Shown: positions 8,614 through 16,937 of the stretch, piece by piece
How positions within the stretch are numbered: the stretch's first letter is position 1
Layout of the letters: every line of letters starts with the position of its first letter
NCBI RefSeq assembly: GCF_000018305.1
Contig: NC_009954.1
Span: 60,001-92,000, forward strand
Length of the DNA: 32,000 bases
Source: Caldivirga maquilingensis IC-167
GTDB lineage: Archaea > Thermoproteota > Thermoprotei > Thermoproteales > Thermocladiaceae
Direction: 5' to 3'
Translations under genes and position numbers: made by a program
The notes under the pieces: generated by a model
Told to the model about the DNA's origin: nothing
Seen by the model: only the letters and a program-made list of their open reading frames with translations
Databases searched by the model: none

Positions 8614-9096
8614 CATTAACACACCATATCACTAAGATTCCCTAATGATAATTACCTCAGCTTGATTAACGCATTAAACTCCTCATAACAATCATTGCGT
8701 GTTAATTATATAAAATAAACATAGAGGAGGCTTAATTTAAATAAAATCTAAATCCAGTAGTAAATAATAAGACTATATATTGAATAAAATTTATTAACCC
8801 CTATAGCGTTATAATAGGGATGAGGTGCCTAGCATGCATTCGTTTAATTGAGAGAATTCTCACCCCTAGCCTTATTCCTGACTTAGGATCCTTATGGAGT
8901 ATTTTAATGAACCTGGTGAACACTAGGATTACTATCTACACTATGGCATTTGTTAATAATTTTAAGTTAATTAATTTAAGGTCAATAATAGCTGAATTAG
9001 GGTTAACTGCATTATATACCTCCAATTCTAGTGCGAATAATGAGGATTTAAGATACGTAATGTTGATTTATGAAGCAAATAATAATGATTAAGGAT

Positions 9097-10116
9097 TCAA
9101 CTCCAAATTAACATTGATGTAGTCGTGTATGTTATTGGAATTACCGCAGTTTCCTGTGTTCCATTGATAATGTAGGTTACTTGTAGTTGGTAATGAATAA
9201 GGGGCATTGAGAATAGTATGAAGGAACCCATGCATGCGGCTGTGACATTGTAAGCAAATGTATCCCAGTAGCCGCTTAGCCAGTAATGTATTGTAGTTAC
9301 TGCTGATGCATTATAGAGGGGTAGGTATAATTGACCAATGGGGGTGGGAATATAGTTGACACTGGTTCCATTAGGGAAGGCTGTTTTCGAAATTGAGGTA
9401 CATGTTAGTAATACTGTTCCATTGGGTGCAATAAGCCTATAACCAATTACAGAGAAGGGTAATGGAGCCAGGTAGGTTAAAAGCACTTCAGATGGCCATG
9501 AATCACTGGCTGCGGCATAGGCGTAAATGGAGTTTTGAAGCGTGGTGAAATTAGTGACTATGTATGAGTAAGTGCGCGTTGATCCATTAACCAGGGTGTA
9601 GCTTAGGGTTATTGTGGAGCCAGGTAAGGTACTTAATGCATAGTACACAGGTCCTATAACAGTGCTTCTAATGGTCTCTGAACCACCAGCCACCTGATTG
9701 AAATTATATATAGTGCTTACTGCTAATATGGTGCTATTGAAGTAAACGAACACTGGGTATGTTATGGTGCTTAAGGGTGGTATTGATACAGTACCCACGT
9801 AATATGTACGGGCAGAGTAAGGTAGCATTGTTATATCTAAGTCATATAGGAATTGCGTATAATTCTCAGGGTTACTTATCGTAAACACTATAGCGTATCC
9901 ATCTTCAGTGGCGTAAATTGCAGAGACATTAATCATGGGTAATTGCCCGTACTTATTATTAATAAGTTGAAGATTAGTTAAGGATTCAAGTAAGTTACTA
10001 TACCTTGAATTAACCGTACCTAAGGTAGCCTTCATGGTAAGGTACATGTACACGAAGAATACGGCCACTGCTAGGGCTATTACCATTACTGTAATGTAAA
10101 TGTACTGCCTCATCAC
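9097..10116 (-). CDS. Hypothetical membrane-anchored, heavily sequon-bearing extracellular protein
   Basis: 339 aa with an N-terminal anchor (ITVMVIALAVAVFFVYMYL). The composition is rich in Tyr, Thr and Ser. By my count there are 10 N-x-S/T sequons. I recognise no catalytic motif. Confidence 0.65.
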   Translation of the reverse strand: MMRQYIYITVMVIALAVAVFFVYMYLTMKATLGTVNSRYSNLLESLTNLQLINNKYGQLPMINVSAIYATEDGYAIVFTISNPENYTQFLYDLDITMLPYSARTYYVGTVSIPPLSTITYPVFVYFNSTILAVSTIYNFNQVAGGSETIRSTVIGPVYYALSTLPGSTITLSYTLVNGSTRTYSYIVTNFTTLQNSIYAYAAASDSWPSEVLLTYLAPLPFSVIGYRLIAPNGTVLLTCTSISKTAFPNGTSVNYIPTPIGQLYLPLYNASAVTTIHYWLSGYWDTFAYNVTAACMGSFILFSMPLIHYQLQVTYIINGTQETAVIPITYTTTSMLIWS

Positions 10117-10380
10117 CCTGGTTACTTAGTAGCGAATTTAAGCATTATTCACATGAATATAGCTGAATCTCTACGTGGATTAATTACGTTAGTGAATGCA
10201 CCCTTACTAATTACACAGCATGAAGCAGTGGTAGTTGCATTTAGGGGAGTAATCATGATTAATGGAGTAAGCCCTAATTACACTGCGTGTAATTATATTG
10301 ATAAAAGTACACCGCACCTAATTAATGCCTCTTATATATGCGGTGCAAAACTTATTAGCATCGATTCATGAAGGATACCT

Positions 10381-11232
10381 ATGGGTAATGAAACACAATA
10401 TAAGGCAGCCTTCCCAGACTTAAAGGGTAAGGTAGTGATTGTTACCGGATCCACTAGAGGGATCGGTTACGAGATAGTTAAGTTGTTTAAGGAAATGGGC
10501 TCTAGAGTGGTGGTTAATGCTAGAAGTGCTGATGAGGTTCAAACCGTGGTGAAGAAGCTTAATGATTATGTCAGTGACGGTGAGGCAATAGGTGTGGCAG
10601 GTGACGTAAGTAAGTATGAGGATTGCGAGAAAATAGTCAACGAGACCGTGGATAAGTACGGTAAGATAGATGTACTTGTTAATAATGCTGGTATAAACAT
10701 GATACGTGACAGCCTCAACTTAAGTATTGATGACTGGGAGAGGACACTTAGAATAGACTTATTCAGTGCCTTCTACATGTCTCAATTAGTTGCCAGAACC
10801 ATGGTGGCTAAGAAGGTTAAGGGATCAATAGTTAACATAGCTTCCATGGTTGGTCCAATAGTGGCTTTACCTAAGCGCGCAGCATACGCAGCGGCTAAGG
10901 CTGGCTTAGTTGGATTAACTAGGGTTCTTGCCGTGGAGTGGGCTCCATTGGGGATTAGGGTTAATGCAATAGCTCCCGGTTACATATGGTCCTCAGCCCA
11001 GGAGGTTAATATAGCTAGGGGTGAGTACACTAGGCAGGATATCGAGGGTAGGGTACCAATGGGTAGGTATGGTGATGCTAGGGAGGTTGCCTATGTAGCA
11101 GTCTTCCTAGCTTCAGAATTAGCCTCATATGTGACCGGCGCGTTAATAACTGTTGATGGTGGCTGGACAATTTATGGTGGCTGGGAAAGATTACTGAGAC
11201 AGATACAGGAATCCGCAAGGCAATTAATCTAA
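10381..11232 (+). CDS. Short-chain dehydrogenase/reductase (classical SDR, FabG-like)
   Basis: TGSTRGIGYE (the TGxxxGIG cofactor motif), NNAG and YAAAKAG (catalytic YxxxK) are all present. An in-frame stop lies 12 nt upstream of the ATG. Confidence 0.9.
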   Translation: MGNETQYKAAFPDLKGKVVIVTGSTRGIGYEIVKLFKEMGSRVVVNARSADEVQTVVKKLNDYVSDGEAIGVAGDVSKYEDCEKIVNETVDKYGKIDVLVNNAGINMIRDSLNLSIDDWERTLRIDLFSAFYMSQLVARTMVAKKVKGSIVNIASMVGPIVALPKRAAYAAAKAGLVGLTRVLAVEWAPLGIRVNAIAPGYIWSSAQEVNIARGEYTRQDIEGRVPMGRYGDAREVAYVAVFLASELASYVTGALITVDGGWTIYGGWERLLRQIQESARQLI

Positions 11233-11441
11233 AACATAGTGTAATAATGCCCTTTCTATTAAAGACCCGTAACTGTATTACTCTATGATAAATTAAAGAG
11301 ATACACATTATTGAGTTATGCTCCTTTAATACCAGCATTTAGGGGGAATGATTAAATCCAGGTGGTGAACCTAGAATCCTATAGATCCTAGGATTAATCT
11401 TAGTGAGTAATGTTTAAAAGATTGTGGTTCATGGGTTAAGT

Positions 11442-11681
11442 ATGGATTACCTTAAGGTGATAGTATCCGTAACAAAGTACTATAATGTAGTGTACGCTGG
11501 AGCCATGGTAGGTTTCCTAGCCTGGTTCATAATGCTACTAACCAATGGTTATCATTATGGCGCTAACATGAGCCCCATAATGCTTGCAGTAATAGTAATA
11601 TCAGTATTAACGGTTATTTTCGCGGCATTGAATATATACGTTGATGAGTTAATAAAGGGAAGCCGTCAACGTTCAAGGTAA
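11442..11681 (+). CDS. Small two-TM membrane protein (hypothetical)
   Basis: The ORF track begins at GTG 11424. I prefer ATG 11442 because a TTTAAAAG box (11413-11420) lies about 25 nt upstream of it. Two hydrophobic helices are followed by a basic tail. Confidence 0.5.
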   Translation: MDYLKVIVSVTKYYNVVYAGAMVGFLAWFIMLLTNGYHYGANMSPIMLAVIVISVLTVIFAALNIYVDELIKGSRQRSR

Positions 11682-11706
11682 GCATTAAACCATACGGTAC
11701 CTATCC

Positions 11707-11822
11707 TACTCACCATGCATAATCCTCTTCATTCAGCACTAGCCCTTATGTTGATTAAGAATTAACCTGTAACATGGTGAGTATTAGCTAATTGCAAGTG
11801 AATTTACTCACCTGTGGTGAGT
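11707..11822. repeat. Cluster of four TACTCACC / GGTGAGT(A) half-sites (two inverted-repeat pairs) ending 4 nt before a TATA box
   Basis: TACTCACCATG (11707-11717) and its exact reverse complement CATGGTGAGTA (11773-11783). ACTCACC-TGT-GGTGAGT is at 11806-11822, followed by gcaGTTTATATTTT. Confidence 0.6.
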
Positions 11823-11856
11823 GCAGTTTATATTTTGCGGGGTTAATAACCCATGA

Positions 11857-12648
11857 ATGAATATTGGTGCTGTGGTTACGGCTGCAGGCTTAGGTACTAG
11901 GGATGGACCTTGGACACTTATCTTCCCAAAGGCCCTGCTCCCCCTTGTCGTTAAGATAAATGGTATTACTCATATAAGACCTATGCTTGACCTAATAATA
12001 ACAACACTAACCAGGGTTGGCTGCAGTAAAATATGCATAACCAGGAGGAGCGATGATGATGCAATAGTCAAATACACTAAGGCGCTTTGGGGTACGTTTA
12101 ACGTAGATTTCACCATCCAGGATGAACCAAGGGGTTTCGGTGACGCCGTATATAGGGGGTTAGGGTGCCTTAATAATGTTGATTGGGTTATAGTTCATTC
12201 TGATGATGGATTCATGATTAATGAAAGCTCAATACTAATGAATTCCATTAAATTCGCCGCCGATAGTAATATTGATGGATTAGTATTCGTTAGGAGGGTT
12301 AATGACCCAAGCAGGTACGGTGTACTGCAGGGGTTTGTTGAGGAGGGAACAGGCCTCTACAGGGTTACTGAGATTGAGGAGAAGCCTAAGGTACCTAAGT
12401 CAAACTTAGCCTTAACAGCAGTGTACTTATTCAAGTACAGCATATTAACTGAGACGTTAAGGAAGATTGAGGATGAGGGTAGGCCAATCATTGAATTCAC
12501 CGATGCCATTAAGCAAATGGTACAAGGTAAAGCCAAGGTAATGGCTATGGAAGTGGGGCCGAAGACCTGGTTCAGTATAGGTACACCAAGCGAGTACACT
12601 GTGGTTCATGAGATTGTGCGCGATAGGGATTTACTGGAGATTATTTAG
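11857..12648 (+). CDS. Sugar-phosphate nucleotidyltransferase (NTP_transferase family)
   Basis: 263 aa. The N-terminus VVTAAGLGTR has the GxGTR pyrophosphorylase signature, followed by GFGDAV and a Rossmann-like layout. TTTATATTTT lies about 25 nt upstream. Confidence 0.85.
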   Translation: MNIGAVVTAAGLGTRDGPWTLIFPKALLPLVVKINGITHIRPMLDLIITTLTRVGCSKICITRRSDDDAIVKYTKALWGTFNVDFTIQDEPRGFGDAVYRGLGCLNNVDWVIVHSDDGFMINESSILMNSIKFAADSNIDGLVFVRRVNDPSRYGVLQGFVEEGTGLYRVTEIEEKPKVPKSNLALTAVYLFKYSILTETLRKIEDEGRPIIEFTDAIKQMVQGKAKVMAMEVGPKTWFSIGTPSEYTVVHEIVRDRDLLEII

Positions 12649-13648
12649 CCATAATACTTAACCTCCTCCCCTCCCGCTGTAGCCTAGTGGATAAAGGTAG
12701 AAGAACCAGTATTGCGGAGAGGGCTAGGACAAGGTACTTATTGTAGTGGAAGAAGAATGGCATAATTGACTCCCCTGTTGAGGTACCTGCAAAGGCAGCA
12801 TTAATACTGGTGACAGGGTCCTTACTTCCCCTTCCAGCAGTCATAGTTACTAATGGGTAGACTAGGGAGTAGGGTGCAATGAAGATTAATGCAGTTACTA
12901 TACTTGGGTAAATAGTGTAAACCACGAAGGCTACACCGGTTAAAGCTACGCTAACCCATAACGCGTTATCAACGTATCTGTCTGAAACCCACCTAAGTAC
13001 ACCCATTAAACCAGCGGATAATGCCAGGATCAGTCTCCCGTAGTCACCGAAGCTCGGTATCGTTGATAAGTAGACGGTGTATAACCCACCCACTATGAAC
13101 GTGACTATTGTATACGGTATAACACTTAAGAAGTCTAGGTTAACTACGAACTTAACCATGTATCTAGTAACCTCCTTAGCCTCACGGTTAATTGGTGGGA
13201 GTAGGGTTAACAATGCTGTCACCAGTAGTGGTATTGGGGTCTTCGTGAAGTAGATAACTAGACCCGACACCAGGTAGGCCACTGATGATGCCGTGTAGGA
13301 TTTAGCAACACCACGATTACCGAAGAGCGAGTAGGCATTCGGCACTATTACTGAGTGAAGTGCACCCAGGAAGGCAAGTAATGGTAATAGTGCCTGTTTA
13401 AACGGTATGGTTAATACTGATAATATAATCGTGGGTATTATGAACCATTTCTTGAATCCAAATAAGTAGCCTATGAAGCCGCCAATGGCTAATGACGCAT
13501 AGCTCAATGAAACCCATAGGTATGTTGATTCCCTGAAGGCTAATGGTATATATAAGGTCGCGTAAAGTAGGCTAAACCTCTGTACTCCAACAAGTATTGA
13601 GTAAATGTTATCATTAACCGCATTAAGCACATTGCTGATTAACACCAC
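12641..13648 (-). CDS. Polytopic integral membrane protein (possibly transporter-like; function unknown)
   Basis: 335 aa with about 9-10 hydrophobic segments and a GTG start. Its 3' end overlaps the convergent nucleotidyltransferase gene by 8 nt. Confidence 0.65.
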   Translation of the reverse strand: MVLISNVLNAVNDNIYSILVGVQRFSLLYATLYIPLAFRESTYLWVSLSYASLAIGGFIGYLFGFKKWFIIPTIILSVLTIPFKQALLPLLAFLGALHSVIVPNAYSLFGNRGVAKSYTASSVAYLVSGLVIYFTKTPIPLLVTALLTLLPPINREAKEVTRYMVKFVVNLDFLSVIPYTIVTFIVGGLYTVYLSTIPSFGDYGRLILALSAGLMGVLRWVSDRYVDNALWVSVALTGVAFVVYTIYPSIVTALIFIAPYSLVYPLVTMTAGRGSKDPVTSINAAFAGTSTGESIMPFFFHYNKYLVLALSAILVLLPLSTRLQREGRRLSIMAK

Positions 13649-13734
13649 CCTTTAAGTGTGTAACTCACTTTAGGTTAATTTGAGTGAAGCTGGATTATTT
13701 AAGTTAACGCCTATGTGGAAAATATTCCTAGGTA

Positions 13735-13746
13735 GAAATATTTATA
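13735..13746 (+). promoter_or_regulatory. BRE/TATA-like element GAAATATTTATA upstream of the fur-family gene
   Basis: The 12-mer ends 26 nt before ATG 13772. An identical 12-mer occupies the equivalent position upstream of the rubrerythrin gene. Confidence 0.45.
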
Positions 13747-13771
13747 TCCCTATATGTTAAAACCACACTGA

Positions 13772-14176
13772 ATGAGTGAAGACTTGGCAAATCTCCTACG
13801 GAGTAGAGGATTGAAGGTGACGCCGCAGAGGATTGCCATACTTAAGTTACTGAGCAGTGGTGGGCACTACACTATTGAGCATGTTCATGATAAATTAAGG
13901 GATATTGAACCTGGTATAAGTATCTCTACTGTCTATAATACTTTAAGCACATTAACCAGGCTTGGTGTTCTAAGGTCCTTTGAAGCTAATGGTAAGACCT
14001 GGTACGAAATAGCTAAGCACCCGCATTTAAACGTCATATGTGAGAACACTGGGCAAATAATTGATATTGATGTTGACTTAACTTGGATTATGGATGAATT
14101 AATGCGTAGGGGGATTAAGGTTAAGGACCTAAACATTATTGTTAATGGGGACTGCTCTAAGATGGAGGGGAAGTAG
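13772..14176 (+). CDS. Fur-family (Fur/PerR-like) metalloregulator
   Basis: 134 aa. The N-terminal wHTH LKVTPQRIAILKLL...STVYNTLSTL and the dimerisation-domain segment HPHLNVICENTGQIIDID are typical of the Fur family. Confidence 0.8.
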   Translation: MSEDLANLLRSRGLKVTPQRIAILKLLSSGGHYTIEHVHDKLRDIEPGISISTVYNTLSTLTRLGVLRSFEANGKTWYEIAKHPHLNVICENTGQIIDIDVDLTWIMDELMRRGIKVKDLNIIVNGDCSKMEGK

Positions 14177-14196
14177 TTTAATAATACTTCTAACCC

Positions 14197-14208
14197 GAAA
14201 TATTTATA
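14197..14208 (+). promoter_or_regulatory. BRE/TATA-like element GAAATATTTATA upstream of the rubrerythrin gene
   Basis: The 12-mer ends 24 nt before ATG 14232. It lies in the 55-bp gap after the fur-family stop codon. Confidence 0.45.
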
Positions 14209-14231
14209 AACTGCTATTCCGTACTCCAGTT

Positions 14232-14702
14232 ATGGCGAATAAAATCCCTAAGGGTACGAAAACGTATGAAAACCTGAAGGCCGCATTCCAAGGTGAATCA
14301 ATGGCAAATAGAAGATACCTATATTACGCTAGGCTAGCTAGGCAGAAGGGGCTTAATGATATCGCCGAGGTCTTTGAGAAAACAGCTAATGCTGAAACCG
14401 GGCATGCGTTTGGTCACTTAATGTACCTAGGTGTGGATCCAGTGGCTGAGATTGAGATAAACACCATTGAAGATGCCTTAAAGGCATCAATATATGGTGA
14501 AACCTACGAGTGGACTCAAATGTACCCGGCTTTCGCTAAGGTTGCCAGGGAGGAGGGATTCCTAGAGGTTGCTGAGTGGCTTGAGGCTGTGGCTAAGGTT
14601 GAGAGATTCCACGCAAACAGGTTTAATGAGGCACTTGAGAAGTACTATAAGTCAGCTGGAGTTAAAACTGAGGTAGAGGACGAAACATTAGGTAGACTGT
14701 AA
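14232..14702 (+). CDS. Rubrerythrin-family diiron protein lacking the rubredoxin domain (sulerythrin-like)
   Basis: YENLKAAFQGESMANRRYLYYA is present, along with two ExxH motifs (ETGHAFGH and ERFHANRF). The protein contains no Cys, so it has no rubredoxin module. I chose the start at ATG 14232 because the 31-codon extension in the ORF track overlaps the fur-family gene and reads as nonsense. Confidence 0.9.
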   Translation: MANKIPKGTKTYENLKAAFQGESMANRRYLYYARLARQKGLNDIAEVFEKTANAETGHAFGHLMYLGVDPVAEIEINTIEDALKASIYGETYEWTQMYPAFAKVAREEGFLEVAEWLEAVAKVERFHANRFNEALEKYYKSAGVKTEVEDETLGRL

Positions 14703-14718
14703 TTGAGGGTAATTTTAA

Positions 14719-15321
14719 ATGCAGAGTAGATTAATGAACCTTATTTCAAAAATATACACCCCCTCCCAATACTCATCAATCAGGGAGGAGGTTTACAGGC
14801 TTATCTCAGAGTATAAGAGGAGTAGGTATGTTCCAATCAATGAAAGGGTAACCGTACTCTTCGAGGATGCGGCAACAGTCTGGTTCCAAATAGAGGAGAC
14901 GGCTTACTTAGAGGGTGTTGATGATATTAACGTTGTTAGGGAGGCTGTTAAGACATATGCTCCCATGGTGCCGGGAAGTAATGAATTAACTATCACGGTT
15001 TTCATAAACATAAATAATTACGATGAATTAAGAAACCTACTACCGAAGTACAATGGTATTGAGAAGTCAATTAAACTAGTAATCAATAACGTTGAATTAG
15101 AGGCGACTCCAATTTATCCTGAGGATTACGCACCAGGATCATTACCAAGGAGTATTCATTACCTTAAGGTCACTGGTAAAGGACTTGATGATTTAATTAA
15201 ATCAAGCAATAGTGTTAAACTTAGGATTACTCATCCAATGGTTAATAAGGAGGTTACCTTAAGTAATGACTCATTAGAGGCTATTAGGGCGTCATTAAAG
15301 GGCATTAACTGGGTCATTTAA
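14719..15321 (+). CDS. DUF3501-like protein (family commonly encoded next to rubrerythrin)
   Basis: 200 aa. The segment VTVLFEDAATVWFQIEE matches what I recall of the DUF3501 N-terminal signature. The gene starts 16 nt after the rubrerythrin stop, with GAGGGT upstream of the ATG. The family assignment is from memory only. Confidence 0.55.
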   Translation: MQSRLMNLISKIYTPSQYSSIREEVYRLISEYKRSRYVPINERVTVLFEDAATVWFQIEETAYLEGVDDINVVREAVKTYAPMVPGSNELTITVFININNYDELRNLLPKYNGIEKSIKLVINNVELEATPIYPEDYAPGSLPRSIHYLKVTGKGLDDLIKSSNSVKLRITHPMVNKEVTLSNDSLEAIRASLKGINWVI

Positions 15322-15443
15322 CCCAACCTAAATACATAAACTATAGTTAATTTTACTTAAAATCTAGGTAGTTAAGACCTTATCCCTCAAGTCAGGTGAA
15401 TTAAATGAGGATCACCACTTCTAAGCATTGGGTAATGGAGTCA

Positions 15444-16061
15444 TTAAGCCTCATCCCAAGCCTTAACAAACCTCTTAGCCATTTCCAAGGGATCCTTTGC
15501 CGCTAATATTCCTGAAATCACTGCGGCACCCCAAGCCCCAGTGGCCTTTATGGCTGGTATGGATTCTAAGGTTACACCACCTATTGCGTATACCGGTATA
15601 CTAACGGATTGGACGACTCTTCTTAATCCCTCAAGTCCAAGTATCCTGTAGTCCGGTTTAGTGGGGCTTGGGAATATGGAGCCTGCACCTAAGTAATCTG
15701 CACCAGCCTTCTCCCCCTCCTTAGCCTCATCAACAGTGCTTGCGCTTGCCCCGATTATAATTCCACTAAACCTCCTCTTAACCTCATCCACTGGTGCATC
15801 CTCCAAACCCACGTGGACGCCGTCAGCATCAGAGAGTACCGCTATGTCAACCCTATCATCAACTATCATTACTGCTCCATATTGATTACACAGTTTCCTA
15901 ATCTCCTTAGCCTCATTAAGCATCTGCCTTATGCTACCCTCCTTACGCCTATACTGAATTATCCTCACACCCCCCTCTAGGAACACCTTGGCTGCATCCA
16001 CATGGTTCTTAACATTATATGAGTCATCAGTTATACCGTATATGCCCTTAGGTAATCTCAC
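15444..16061 (-). CDS. thiE: Thiamine-phosphate synthase
   Basis: 205 aa with GIYGITD, the TIM-barrel pattern IIQYRRK...VDDRVDIA...GVHVG, and a C-terminal IGGV. The GTG start overlaps the thiM stop (caGTGA), with GAGGTGG upstream. Confidence 0.9.
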   Translation of the reverse strand: MRLPKGIYGITDDSYNVKNHVDAAKVFLEGGVRIIQYRRKEGSIRQMLNEAKEIRKLCNQYGAVMIVDDRVDIAVLSDADGVHVGLEDAPVDEVKRRFSGIIIGASASTVDEAKEGEKAGADYLGAGSIFPSPTKPDYRILGLEGLRRVVQSVSIPVYAIGGVTLESIPAIKATGAWGAAVISGILAAKDPLEMAKRFVKAWDEA

Positions 16062-16858
16062 TGAACCACCTCTACCTTAGCCATTTTAACGTAATCGTCA
16101 CCGGTTAGGTTAAATAACTCATCAATTAGGTACTGTTTAAATGTACCAGGTGCCTTACTCTTAGCCTCAGCCTTCTCAGCAGCTATTTCAAAGGCAACCA
16201 GTCCCTCTACTGAAGCCTTAACGAAATCCCTGTTAATCGCCATGAAGCTTGCTATAACTGAACCAACCATGCAGCCGGAGCCGGTTACGTATTGGAGTAG
16301 TGGTGTACCATTCTTAACAATGACCTTCCTAACACCATCTGATACGTAATCCCATGGACCAGTAATCACTGCTGTTACACCGTATTCCTCAGCAATCTTA
16401 ACCGCCGTATCCATTGTTGCGTTGACTATTGAATCAACCCCCTTGACGCCACCTGTTACACCGGCTAGGGCTAGCATTTCACCTCCATTACCCTTAACCA
16501 CTGATACCTCAGTTTCACTTAATATGCGTTTAACAACCTCAGTCCTATACCTAGTGGCCCCAGCGCCCACTGGATCTAGGAGTATTGGAACATTATTTCT
16601 ACTAGCTGCCTTGCCTGCAATTATCATTGATTCAACCCAATACTCATCTAGTGTGCCTATGTTTATGTATAGTGCATTAGCCTTACTGGCTAATTCCTCA
16701 ACCTCCTCCTTTGCATGAGCCATTATTGGTGATGCACCTATGGCTAAGGTGACGTTGGCTGCATCATTCATTACAACGAAGTTCATGAAATGATGTACCA
16801 GTGGTTTCCTATCCCTAAGGGTTTTTAGGTCCCTTGGAAACTCGTCGCTTAACCACAT
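16058..16858 (-). CDS. thiM: Hydroxyethylthiazole kinase
   Basis: 266 aa. PLVHHFMNFVVMNDAANVTLAIGASPIMA, ILLDPVGAGATRYRT and VTGSGCM align with bacterial ThiM as I recall it. Confidence 0.9.
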   Translation of the reverse strand: MWLSDEFPRDLKTLRDRKPLVHHFMNFVVMNDAANVTLAIGASPIMAHAKEEVEELASKANALYINIGTLDEYWVESMIIAGKAASRNNVPILLDPVGAGATRYRTEVVKRILSETEVSVVKGNGGEMLALAGVTGGVKGVDSIVNATMDTAVKIAEEYGVTAVITGPWDYVSDGVRKVIVKNGTPLLQYVTGSGCMVGSVIASFMAINRDFVKASVEGLVAFEIAAEKAEAKSKAPGTFKQYLIDELFNLTGDDYVKMAKVEVVQ

Positions 16859-16937
16859 TGGTGGATTCTTGAGTGTCCTCTTTTTAAATCATTCGCAAGT
16901 TATTAATAATCAATAAATTAATTATAGTTAACACACC

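Noticed and set aside
10153-10371. 72-aa plus-strand ORF upstream of the SDR gene
   Set aside because: It lies in a divergent promoter region, and the A/T box upstream of it is better explained as the promoter of the minus-strand gene starting at 10116. There are no motifs, and it ends just before the SDR start.
14139-14231. 31-codon N-terminal extension of the rubrerythrin ORF
   Set aside because: The extension overlaps the 3' end of the fur-family gene, reads as non-protein-like sequence and contains the promoter element GAAATATTTATA. ATG 14232 gives a canonical rubrerythrin N-terminus.
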